Assembly: GCA_013265495.1 (NCBI GenBank)
Contig: MU058059.1
Coordinates: 1,488,001-1,552,000, forward strand
Direction of reading: 5' to 3'
Source: Vicugna vicugna
Taxonomy: Eukaryota
DNA: 64,000 bases
In this document: piece after piece, positions 53,348-64,000 of the stretch
Layout: the number at the start of each line of letters is the position of its first letter
Numbering within the stretch: position 1 is the first letter of the stretch
Notes under the pieces: generated by a model
The model's input: only the letters and a program-made list of their open reading frames with translations
Database searches by the model: none
Told to the model about the DNA's origin: nothing
Position numbers and translations under genes: made by a program

Positions 53348-54516
53348 TTTACCGTATTTACTGTAGGCTCTCTTACAGACCCTTTTTCAAGTTAAGTAGT
53401 TCCATTCTCTTTTGTTACTAAGTGTTTTTTGTCTCTCTGTTTTTACATAAACAACTTTGGATATTATCTGATGTCCATTCAAGGTCTGTTGAGATAGTTA
53501 ATTTTTTTTTCTTTTTCATAATGACTTATTTTACAGAACTTTTTCTTTTATTTCTGGGAGGATCTGAAACATACTTATTTAAAAGTCATTTTGATGTGGT
53601 TCTCTTATTTGTGCTTTATTACTGGTAGATTCATCTTCCAGTCTGGGGTCGTTGGCGGTTTTTGTCGGTGTTAAGCATCCTCAGAGACTCTGAATGAGAT
53701 CTCTCTCCTCCTCTTCTCACTGCCCTCCCTCTTTTGCCTCTGCCTGAGCCTCACTCCTCATCCAGATTCAGGTCTCCTCTTGGCCTTCCATCCTACAGTG
53801 ATGTGAGGAGACTGCAGACACAGTCATCGGGGCCAAGAGCAACTTGGCGCAGGTCCCAGGCCTTCCTCCTCCTGGCCACCCTGCAAAAATGCAGCAGTAG
53901 CTTTTTCCCGGCTCATTACGGGCTAGGAGAGCTCATCCAGCCCCAGGTTTAGAGACTGACTCTGGCTCCAGACCTCTGCCAGGCATGAGATGTTTCTTTT
54001 TCGACAGAAATGCAACTGCCTTTCATCTCTGATAATTTCCAACCCAGAAACTCCCAGGTTTGGTTCTGGCATCATCCCACCATGTGCGTGTGTCTGTCTA
54101 AAACATAGAAATGACTGCCTTATCATGTTAATTGGTTTCAGGGGCTTTGTTTGGATCAGGATGGGTCCTTCAAAGCTGAGCTCAGTGACTTTCCCAAGTT
54201 CCCATTTCTCAGGTGACTTTACTTCCCACAGTTCTTGGCAGAGGAGAAGTGCTCGAAAAAAAATTTCTGGCGTTGAAAGCACTTCGTCACCTTCAGGGAG
54301 AGGCTCCTTGCAGAAATATCCTGCGGGAGGAGATTCACTGGATACAGGCTTGACCTGGATGAACTTTAGTATGGGTCCACCTGCAAGTGTATTACTTTTA
54401 GTGCTTCTGAAGTTCATGTTAACTTTAAGCCACAGTTTTCCTTCTGTTTATTTATTTTTTCACTCTAGCATCCCTATGAATGTAAATTTGATGACACACA
54501 AAGGTTGAGGGGCAGG

Positions 54517-54795
54517 TCAAAGTTCATAATTTGCTTGCATGGTGTTGGTGTGGAAAATGCAGGTACAAATCTCACAATCAGGGCATATAATCGTGCTGAA
54601 TTCTTCAGTTATTAACAAGCACAGTTCACAAAAAACATGTCCACACTGAAGTTCATGATGGTGAGCGGAAGCTCCGGGCGCCCTTCCTCCACACCAGGCG
54701 CACAGGGCCTCCCTGGTGCCCTGGGCTTGGGCCTGCCTCTCCACCTGCCCGCAGAAAGACAGGGCACCCCGAGCCCTCAACGCCTCAGCCGCCAT
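54517..54795 (-). CDS. Putative 92-aa RING-only microprotein (RNF17-derived 75 aa + 17 novel aa); expression unknown
   Basis: Open frame, strong Kozak aaggcgATGG, C-x2-C...C-x-H-x2-C-x2-C...C-x2-C all retained, TGA at 54519-54517. Confidence 0.4.
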   Translation of the reverse strand: [92 protein letters not shown]

Positions 54796-54805
54796 CGCCT
54801 TTCTG
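54571..54805 (-). pseudogene. RNF17: Processed (intronless) partial copy of RNF17: short 5'UTR plus codons 1-75 (RING finger)
   Basis: MAAEA...CAWC...[31 protein letters not shown] is colinear without gaps with recalled human RNF17 (MAAEAS...CTRC...[31 protein letters not shown]). A GC-rich to AT-rich switch at ~54666 marks the expected exon1/exon2 junction, with no intron. Clear homology stops at CPDCE. Confidence 0.88.
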
Positions 54806-55518
54806 TGTCAAGGATCGCAAGATTTCATCCCTGTTTACGTGCATGGAGTGGCTCTGAAGAGGGGTGGGCACATTCAAACCACTGCCAGAAAAAACAATTA
54901 CCAACTGCTCATAAATACTTGAGGGTGACCAGGGTGATACCAGAGGAGTTGCCTTGTCTACAATTCAACCCTAAGGAGGCTACTTAATACACCCTATGTA
55001 TGTTTTCATTATTATCTTCAGATTTTCCTGTCTGCCTTCACTAATCACTGTTATGGTAAAATATATGCAAGTAACCAGCCTATTCCTCTGGGGTTATCAT
55101 CCACTCTTTAATCATCATCTCACATCCCAGGCTAAAGTAACCTCCCCTCCTGCCCACTTCTTACATCCTTTTACTTTAGTTCTTATCTCAGTTTAGTGCC
55201 AAGTCTTTGGACTCTGACATTATAAAATGACCCAGAGAGGCTATTAAATAGAGCTCTAGACATGCAACTTGATAACCTCCATCTTCAACAACAACAAAAA
55301 CAAAAAATCTGATTACCCTTTTTAATCCTGTTATCTTACCTTGGGTTCCAACTCAACACATAAATCTTGACACTCACGCTGGTTTCTATTATAGAGTTCC
55401 AATTCATAGGCCAGTCCTCTGTTCTCATCTTTCTTCCACAGGCTTTAATTTAAGCCTGGAAATGAACCACCACCAAGATAAATGAACAGCGAACATGAAT
55501 CAAAAGGTGGGGCTTCTT

Positions 55519-55629
55519 GGGGGAGGGTACAGCTCAGAGGTAGAGCATATGCTTAGCATGCACAAGGTCCTGGGTTCAATCCCCTGTACTTCCATTAAAT
55601 AAACCTAGTTACCCACCCCACAAAAAAAG
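55519..55629 (+). mobile_element. tRNA-Ala-derived camelid SINE (Vic-1-like)
   Basis: A box tacagctcagagg, B box ggttcaatccc, tail aataaacctagttacc. TSD aaaggtggg(g/a)cttct at 55503-55517 and 55630-55644. Confidence 0.92.
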
Positions 55630-56644
55630 AAAGGTGGGACTTCTGCTTTGTCACTAGCAGTCTTAATAACCAAACTAAACTTTTCATGTGTACAACTACC
55701 AATAAACCAGAGCCTGGGTGTTGGTTTGTGTCCACTGAATTGCTTCACTGTCTATGCAGTGGGTAGGCAAGGTCTTACCCTCCACTTACATTTTGCTGCA
55801 CTTGTACTATATCCCAATAGTATTTTCAAATTTTTTGTGCAGTAATCTTCATCAGAGGCTTCGGTCAACCTTTATCCATGTGGCTCTTCTTTATCGTTGT
55901 TCCATTCCATTTTAAGCTCAGAGGGGAACATTTTAAGTAGCAAATGATGCAAATTACAGTTGCACAATATTGGCTTTTTGTCATACTGTCAATGCCACCT
56001 TTTGTGCGTTTTTCTAAGTATTTCACTCACTCTTAATATAATCTCTCACCACACTGAGTAATTAGTATCATTCTTCTCAGTTTATAAATGGAAAAATAAT
56101 TATTATTTCTATGGTTTTTCTTTTTTTTCCTACAGTATCATTAATTGGGTTTCACTGATTTCTGACAACCCAGCCTTGAGAACATCCGATCTTAAATAAC
56201 CGGATATCTGATAGGAAAACATTTAGTGGATTTTTTTTTTGTAGAACAACAAATAAGGTTATTATAAAGCAAAACTTAATACTATATATTATTTTTCACC
56301 AAGTGTGAGTCTAATGTTTGGAAAAGAATTTATTAAACTACGTACAAACTCCTTTCTAATAATAAGTATATACATCCTTTACCTTGAAAAAGATTAACTG
56401 ATTTCATTTTCTTTTTGAAATAAAACAAATTTAAGTGCAGAGCAAACATCAGCCTGTCTCCCTCTTTTCACGACTTTAATGCCCTTATCCAAAACCTCCT
56501 GCTCAGATGAGCCCTGTTTCACAAATGGAGGTTACTTCCCCAACCCAGGAGTGGGCAACCGCGGGGCATTTTCCTGGAACATTGGTTTGTCTATAGCTTT
56601 GGCAGGTGGGAAAATTAAATTATTTTGCTGATGATTAAAAAGAT

Positions 56645-58318
56645 GAGACTGACAAGGACTTAATTTCTGGAATATATAAACAGCTCATACAACATAATAA
56701 CAAAAAAAAAACTACCCAATTCAAAAATGGTCAGAAGACCTCAACAAGCAATTCTCCAATGAAGACATACAAATGGTCAACAGGCACATGAAAAAATGCT
56801 CAATATTGCTAATTATCAGAGAAATGCAAATCAAAACTACAATGAGGTATCACCTCACATCTGTCAGAATGGCTAGCATTCTAAAGTCCACAAACGATAA
56901 ATGCTGGAGAGGCTGTGGAGAAAAGGGAACCCTCCTGCACTGCTGGTGGGAATATAGTTTGGTGCAGCCATTATGGAAAACTGTATGGAGATGTCTCAAA
57001 AGACTAAAAATAGACTTACTACATTATCCAGCAATCCCACTTCTGGGCATATATCCAGAGGAAATTTTAATTCAGAAAGATACATGCACCCCATTGTTCA
57101 CAGCAGCACTATTTACAATAGCCAAGACATGGAAACAACCTAAATGTCCACTGACAGATGACTGGATAAAGAAGTTGTGGTATATTTATACAATGGAATA
57201 CTACTCAGCCATAAAAAATAATAAAGTAATGCCATTGGCAGCAACATGGATGTCCCTGGAGATTACCATTCTAAGTGAAGTAAGCCAGAAAGAGAAAAAT
57301 ACTGTACGATATCACTTATATGTGGAATCTAAAAAATAAATAAATAAAAAGAAGACAAAAGAAATTAAATATGAAACAGAAGCAGACTCACAGACATAGA
57401 ATACAAACTTGTGTTTGCCANNNNNNNNNNNNNNNNNNNNNNNNNNNNNNNNNNNNNNNNNNNNNNNNNNNNNNNNNNNNNNNNNNNNNNNNNNNNNNNN
57501 NNNNNNNNNNNNNNNNNNNNNNNNNNNNNNNNNNNNNNNNNNNNNNNNNNNNNNNNNNNNNNNNNNNNNNNNNNNNNNNNNNNNNNNNNNNNNNNNNNNN
57601 NNNNNGTATGGAGATGTCTCAAAAGACTAAAAATAGACTTACTACATTATCCAGCAATCCCACTTCTGGGCATATATCCAGAGGAAATTTTAATTCAGAA
57701 AGATACATGCACCCCATTGTTCACAGCAGCACTATTTACAATAGCCAAGACATGGAAACAACCTAAATGTGCACTGACAGATGACTGGATAAAGAAGGTG
57801 TGGTATATTTATACAATGGAATACTACTCAGCCATAAAAAATAATAAAGTAATGCCATTGGCAGCAACATGGATGTCCCTGGAGATTACCATTCTAAGTG
57901 AAGTAAGCCAGAAAGAGAAAAATACTGTACGATATCACTTATATGTGGAATCTAAAAAATAAATAAATAAAAAGAAGACAAAAGAAATTAAATATGAAAC
58001 AGAAGCAGACTCACAGACATAGAATACAAACTTGTGTTTGCCTGGGGGTTGGGAGTAGGAAGGGACAGACTGGGAATGTAAGATTTTTAGATACTGACAT
58101 GTATATATAGAATAGATAAACAAGTTTATACTCTATAGCACAGGGAAATATACACAAGATCTTGTAGTAGCTCATTATGAAAAAGAATATGAAATACTTT
58201 TTCAATTCAATTTTTCTGAAAAAATTGAAAAATTGTGCTGTACACCAGGAATTGATACAACACTGTAAACTGACTGAAACTCAAAAAAAATTTTTAAATA
58301 ATAAAATAAAAATAAAAA
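56645..58318 (+). mobile_element. Young 5'-truncated L1 (open ORF2 C-terminus + 3'UTR), interrupted by an assembly gap
   Basis: ORF 56773-57339 HMKKCS...[14 protein letters not shown]...[18 protein letters not shown]...WKQPKCP is uninterrupted; 3'UTR and A-rich tail follow. Confidence 0.96.
57421..57605. other. Assembly gap (185 N)
   Basis: Run of N. Confidence 1.
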
Positions 58319-60259
58319 TCAGGAAACTTCACGCAAAAAAAGCATTTTTATGTTATTTTTATGTTAAAATAAACATGGCTCTATTAAGGAGTAGAGACAA
58401 AATGTGCCTGAATTTTTAAGACCAAACAGGTGACTTCAAAAATAATTTTGTTCTTCTAAAAAATTATCCACCTCTTCTGTATGCTAGAGAGTTAATTTTA
58501 TTTTCTAATAATAATTTTTTTTATTATTTTTTGTTAGAATTTTACTTCCTCCATAATTTCTTTCATGTATTCACTTATAACAAAAGATTTCTAGGAGGGG
58601 GACTGAGCTGGATTGTTGGTGAGTTATTTGCTCCTTTGACTTTATGTATCCTGACCCGGGTGGAAGATCGACCTTAACTTGGCCTAAGAATGACCTACAG
58701 AATCGTACCTGAAATACAGGTTTGTGGTTCATGGTGACATGATTGTTATAAACTATTCTAGCTGCATATGAATGGATTTAATATATGATTGTGTATCAGC
58801 TATACTCTTTACAAAATAAGAAACTAACAAACAACTATTACCATTGTAAAAATTTAACATGCTTCAGCCTGAGTGTATCTATCAGGGAGAAGTGTTGTCC
58901 CAGTACATCACGTGGTCACTTGCCCTGAGGATGAACCATGTCAGAAGAGAAAAGGCAGGTGGTTTCTAATCACACCACACGGGCACAGACGTGTCTGTTT
59001 ATTCATAAAATCATGTGCTGCTGATAAAATCCCAGCAGTCTTGTTTTATTAATGAATACAGGTCAACTTAGGCAACTCTAAGGGAAAGAATAAGAATCCA
59101 ATGAACCCAACTCAATTCATATATTTCCCTTCAAATTTTCTTCTAATCTTTGCCAGATATTGCTGTTTTTTCACAGAAGAAATCGGGAAGTGGTGTGTTC
59201 TGTTCTTTCAAATTAATTTTAATTTTTATTTCCGTAAGTCAACATGGTTTTCACAGTTGACATTTTCATCACTCTGCTTTATCAGATTAATTTTATTCCA
59301 TATTTTCATGCATCAGCCACACAGTTGATACTTTTATAGCTCCACAGTTATCTTCTGGCGTAATGGGACAGATTTTGCTTAGCCATCTCCTATTCTTAGC
59401 CACATGGGTTTTCCCAGTTATGTTTTTGTTTTTGCAATCATAAATAACAGCATTACTATAAATATTTCTATTTAATCGATTTATTTCCTAGGAGAATATT
59501 GTATAGAGTAGGATATTATGCCAAATCATATCCAATAGTTTCATAGTTCACCATGTCTTTTTTTTCCCCAGAGAAACTAAAACAATTGAAAATGTGAACA
59601 GAACATTTAAAATTTAATGTCATGTGAAACATTTTAAATTTATGTCATTCTCAGATCCAGTAGATCCCAAAATTGACATTTTGTAATTTCTATTTATTTA
59701 GTAAATAGGTGTATAAGGGTATCTTAATGTTGCTAAACTTTATATTTATTAAATAATGTGAGAGAAGCAGATTAATCAGTGTGATGATTTCTTAAGTGTA
59801 GTTCCCTATTATTGAATTCTCAATTTACTTCCGTTAACCAATTGTCAAATGCAATTTGCATTAGCTGTTATAACTTTGTCCCAATTATCTGCATATTTTA
59901 GAACACAAATTTTAAAAAAAAGTATCAAATCTATCAAGCATATGGAAACGTACAGAAAAAAAAAATACACAATATACCCTGCAAACACCACATGGAGGGG
60001 AAATAAAATACAACTGAAGTCACTGAAGCCCATATGTACCCTCCTGGACTCTTGTCCCATCCCTCCCTCTCTAGAGTGAACCATCACTCCCATCATGTGC
60101 ATTTTTACACTCTTCCTGCATATGTATGTAAACATAACACATACACATTTCCCATCTTGTCTTAAGTATGTTCTGTGTTTTGGGTATCCCTTCTAAAAAA
60201 CTTGAGGTCCTAAAGCTTCTTTCCCATGTTTGAGTTTTCATGCTCAAGTGTTGAATCCA

Positions 60260-60656
60260 CATGTGCTGAATTGTGTCCCCAGGGATTCCTATGTTGAAGT
60301 CCTAGCCCAGTATCCCAGAATGTGACTGCATTTAGAGATGGGGCCTTTAAAGAGATAATTAAAGCAGAATGAGTTCATACAGTGGACCCTAGTCCAGTAT
60401 GACCAATACCCTTGAAAGAAGAGGTCAGGAAACATCACACAGACCAACTGGTGACCACGTGAGGACAGAGAGAAGGTGGCCATTTGCCAGCCTCGGGAGA
60501 AACCTACCGTGTGACATCTTCTCTCCCTGTTTCGTGCTCCCTGGGTTACGTTATCGGATGGAATTCCAGCCGCCAGATCTGTGGAGAAAAGAAATTCGTT
60601 ATTTTAGCCACCCAGTCAGTGGTATTTTGTTACAGCAACTCTGGTAAACTAATACA
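60260..60656 (+). mobile_element. MLT1A/B-like MaLR solo LTR
   Basis: tgaattgtgtcccc...tatgttgaagtccta...gaatgtgactgcatttagagat...gtggtattttgttacagca...aaactaataCA. Confidence 0.9.
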
Positions 60657-60829
60657 GTGCAAGTCCTTAAAGTAGCAATCCCACTGCATGTGACCGATAA
60701 ACTCTTTTCCTAGGGCCCACCTTCAGAGCTGGGCCTGCAAGACTGCCCCCAGGCGGTGTTACGGAAACCCCCCGAGAAGTTCAGGAGGGAAATAAACATT
60801 CACAAAATGCCTATTTTCTGCTGGATGCT

Positions 60830-61000
60830 AATAAGAGTTAACATTTATTGGGAACTTATGTGTTCAGCTAAGCACCTTACAGAGATTATTTCATTAAATC
60901 CTCCACTGAAACCTGCAAGGAAAGTGATCTGCTAAAGTCCCACAGCTTAGAAAGTCGTGGAGCCAGATTTGAAGGCAGGCAGTCTGAGGGCACAGCCCCT
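60830..61000 (-). mobile_element. MIR SINE
   Basis: aacatttattg...ctaagcaccttaca...tcattaaatcctc...gtcccacagct...ggagccagatttgaa. Confidence 0.75.
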
Positions 61001-62596
61001 GCGCAGTGATGCCCCTCCCACCTCCGCTCTCCCTGGGAGGCTCTCGGGTTGCCATGTGTGCCCCCTCCTCTGCTGTGGACTGTGTCCTCCCACTGCGCAT
61101 CCTTACACTAGCCGCCTGCCTTGCTGTCTGCCCTGCTCCTTCTTTCACAAAGATGCTCCTTCACCCGCTGAGTAGGGGGCAAAGGGCTTTGCTGTTTTAG
61201 AAAAGATGCGTCTTGCATTCAAACTGTTGTCTCCTTGGCAGGACACATCCTTTCCATCATTTGAAATCCTTGAACTCTTTCCTCTCCAGCTACGTATGGG
61301 TTATCGTTACTCAACATTTACAACTTTTGGAAGTATGATAACCATCTCAGAAACCTCACTACCCATCAGCTCCCCGGAGCTGCTCACAGCATTTCCAATT
61401 TTCGTACATGTAAATAGAATCCTCCCTCCCATTTTTTTTTCAAACAAGTGGATTTATGCTTCCGGAGTTACATTATCGGATATGCTTCCAATTCTTCCAG
61501 AAATAATGATACTGTAATGCACGGTCCACTCCTCAGTCTCAGAGCTGCCTCACGGGATTTTTCAAAGTGGATGAAAACATCAAATAGCTCAATCTAGTTT
61601 ACTTTCATGTCTGGAGAAAATGAAAATGACTCAATTTTGTTTTACTATAGGCTCTGCTTTTAAAAATACCATTAAGTACTTATCCTATCTTTTCTACAGA
61701 CCGGGAATATGTCTCAGAAAGGCCGTGAACCATATTTCTGAGGAATTTTTTGTCAGTGGAATAATACACGGCTGCCAAAGCATGCTAATAAATTGGATTC
61801 TGTCCCAATTTTAAGTCCTCGCATCACTACTGTTTTGGCAGATATATTCAGACATACCTTGAACAACATTTCCTCATAAATAGCATCCTACCTCTGGTAT
61901 AAGAGGCAGCACAGGGAAATAGAAGATCTTGGTTTCTGAACAGCCTGGGGCAAGTCATTTAAATTCTCTGACCTTCAATTTATCCTATCAAATTAGAAAA
62001 TGAGAACTAAAAGATTTAAAGGCTCTGCTAACTCTAAAGTTGTTCAGCATGACCAAAACTATGTTTTTAAAAGAAACACTAAATTATATGCATTAAATAC
62101 AATGCATCTGTCCACCCCTCCATCCCCAGGCCCATGACTCCTCAGCCCACTTGAGAATGGACGGTCCCTTAGAAAGAAAGTAAAATCACAACTCAGCTGA
62201 AGTTTAAATCTGAGTTACTAGCGAAATGGCCACCATTTCTGTCATGAGGCAGAATGATGTCTGGAACAGTAGGTTAAGTCTCATGATTAGAAAAATAATG
62301 AAAGTTGTACATGTGGACATACCTGCAGATGTGGGATGTAGACACTGCACACAAGGTACAAATGTATGTTGTCTGCACAGCTCTGGAGACAAATTCTAGA
62401 ACTTGAGTGGCTATCTTAAGGACAGATTTTTATCCAATGGTGACAACAACCATGACGTAAGGAACATGCTTTTGTGAGAGTCTTTTGGAGTTTTAACCAT
62501 TAGATGTACATCTCTCTCATCATAAATTAACAAACCATAGTTTTTAGATTTTGATTGTACTAGTTTGCCAGGGCTAAGTGAAATAAACAAGTTATA

Positions 62597-62877
62597 AAGG
62601 GACAAATATTACACAATTCTATTTAGTATGTCTCTGCCTGAAGTAGAGACATAAGGTAGGGTGGTGGTGGCCAGGGGCTGGGGAGAGTGGGGAAAGTTAG
62701 TGTTTAATGGGAACAGAGTTTCAATTTGGGGAGATGAGAAAGTTCTGGAGCTGGATGGTGGTGATGGTTGCACAATGATGTGAATGTACTTAATGCCACC
62801 GAACTGTACACTGTAAACTTAAAAATCATCAAAATGGTAAATTTAATGTTACATATAGTTACCACAATAAAAAAAAA
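62597..62877 (+). mobile_element. L1MB-like 3'UTR end
   Basis: gtgtttaatgggaacagagtttcaatttggggagatgagaaagttctggagctggatggtggtgatggttgcacaa...accacaataaaaaa. Confidence 0.9.
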
Positions 62878-64000
62878 GGACTTGGCATAGAGAGGTTCAG
62901 CAAATCTTTACACAGTTATAAATTCTAGAGACAAATTTAGAAGTCATTTTCTTTGAGGGGGTGGTTTTGAGCCTGATCACAAGGAAAATTTGTATTTTGA
63001 AAATTCCACTTTCGAACATCTGTGAGCAGTGGAACGGTGAGGTTCTCCTCCAAATATTGGTCAGAACCAAAGGGCAATCTCTCAGCCACCCAACAATGCA
63101 GGGAAAGCAATGGGCCTGAGTCTACATGCTGTTATAAACTCATTTGGAAGGTATCACCTTCACAACGTGACCACATCGCACTTAATTATGAGCACAGCAC
63201 ACGATCAGGAAAGCAGAGGCTGACTGGGGAATATCTAACTCGGCGGTTTTGTCTTTTTGGAAGCAAGGACATCCACAAACTTAAGAATGTTTTGAAAACT
63301 ACTAGTTATTTCCTCAAACAAATGCTTATCTGCATACACACAGCACAAGCTGCATCTGATGTTATGAGGGTCACAGAGCCCAGTGGCTCCCCACCTGCCT
63401 GGGTCCTCTGAAGGCCTATGTACCCCACTGTAAGAACCTTTGGTCTTATGATCTTGCAGATGAAGGGACATTTTAAACAAAATATCAGACTACAAAATGA
63501 AATATTTTTTTAAAAAAGCTGAAGTCCAACATACAGAAAGGCTGCGTTATGTTAGAGCACCAGATTTAGAGGAAAGAAACAGGTTTAAAATGAGGCTCAG
63601 CATTATGGCCCTTATGCTGACCACGTAGCCCTAGTTTTATGCCTAAAGGAAATCACGTGTGTGAAAAGGTTTTATGAACTGTAAAGCGTAATACAATCTT
63701 GGCACCGTACTTAACTGTGTTCTAGCTTCATTACCAAAAAGAAACATAAGCATGTGCTACTTCTGAGAAGCACAGGGATAAACTAGCTGTCCAAGGTGAG
63801 TGAAAAATTCAGTCCATGTATTGTACATTTCAAATATATATATTTTTTCTGAATTAGGTACATATTTGATATGAAATAAGTGTTTTGGATTTGAATTCAA
63901 TAGGCAATTGAACTACCTTTCCACTTTACTTTGTATCTATTATTTCAGTGTCAATCCCACATATTAGAAATATTTTTCCTAGAGGTTATCATCCTAAGTG

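Noticed and set aside
54405..54445. Faint similarity (GKLWLKVNMN vs recalled RNF17 EKLQPKTIKN) hinting at continued RNF17 homology
   Set aside because: Spacing is off by ~57 nt and identity is far below that of the adjacent RING segment; it cannot be supported without an alignment.
55519..55595. Genuine tRNA-Ala gene
   Set aside because: It has a SINE tail, A-rich end and TSD, and a second family copy is present in the window.
56773..57962. 188-aa and 183-aa ORFs as host genes
   Set aside because: They are the L1 ORF2 C-terminus; the second is the gap-flank duplicate.
58595..58618. Possible plus-strand microexon (ctAG|...TTG|GTGAGT)
   Set aside because: Weak proximal pyrimidine tract and no supporting gene context.

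Overview
Mammalian genomic DNA, most likely camelid, judged from tRNA-Ala-derived Vic-1-like SINEs and cetartiodactyl-type L1 3' ends. The window holds the 5' end of L3MBTL4 on the minus strand. This comprises a CpG-island promoter with a non-coding exon 1 (donor at 47763), a ~45.6 kb repeat-rich first intron, a candidate 5'UTR exon (2125-2202) and the first coding exon (1682-1784, MKQPSRKRKLNTDSRERLDLDGCL). The rest of the gene lies left of the window. The most notable element is ~7 kb upstream of the promoter, on the same strand: an intronless copy of the first 75 codons of the germline gene RNF17. It keeps the whole RING finger (all 8 Zn ligands) and is joined to unrelated sequence, giving an open 92-codon RING-only ORF followed by a second 164-codon ORF and AATAAA signals. 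This is a candidate chimeric retrogene or a young processed pseudogene. Also present are a diverged ortholog of the human MIR4317 locus, tail-to-tail and internally deleted L1s, two small templated-insertion scars, and a 185-N assembly gap whose flanks overlap by 437 bp. Gene and repeat names come from my recall of known sequences; no database search was run.
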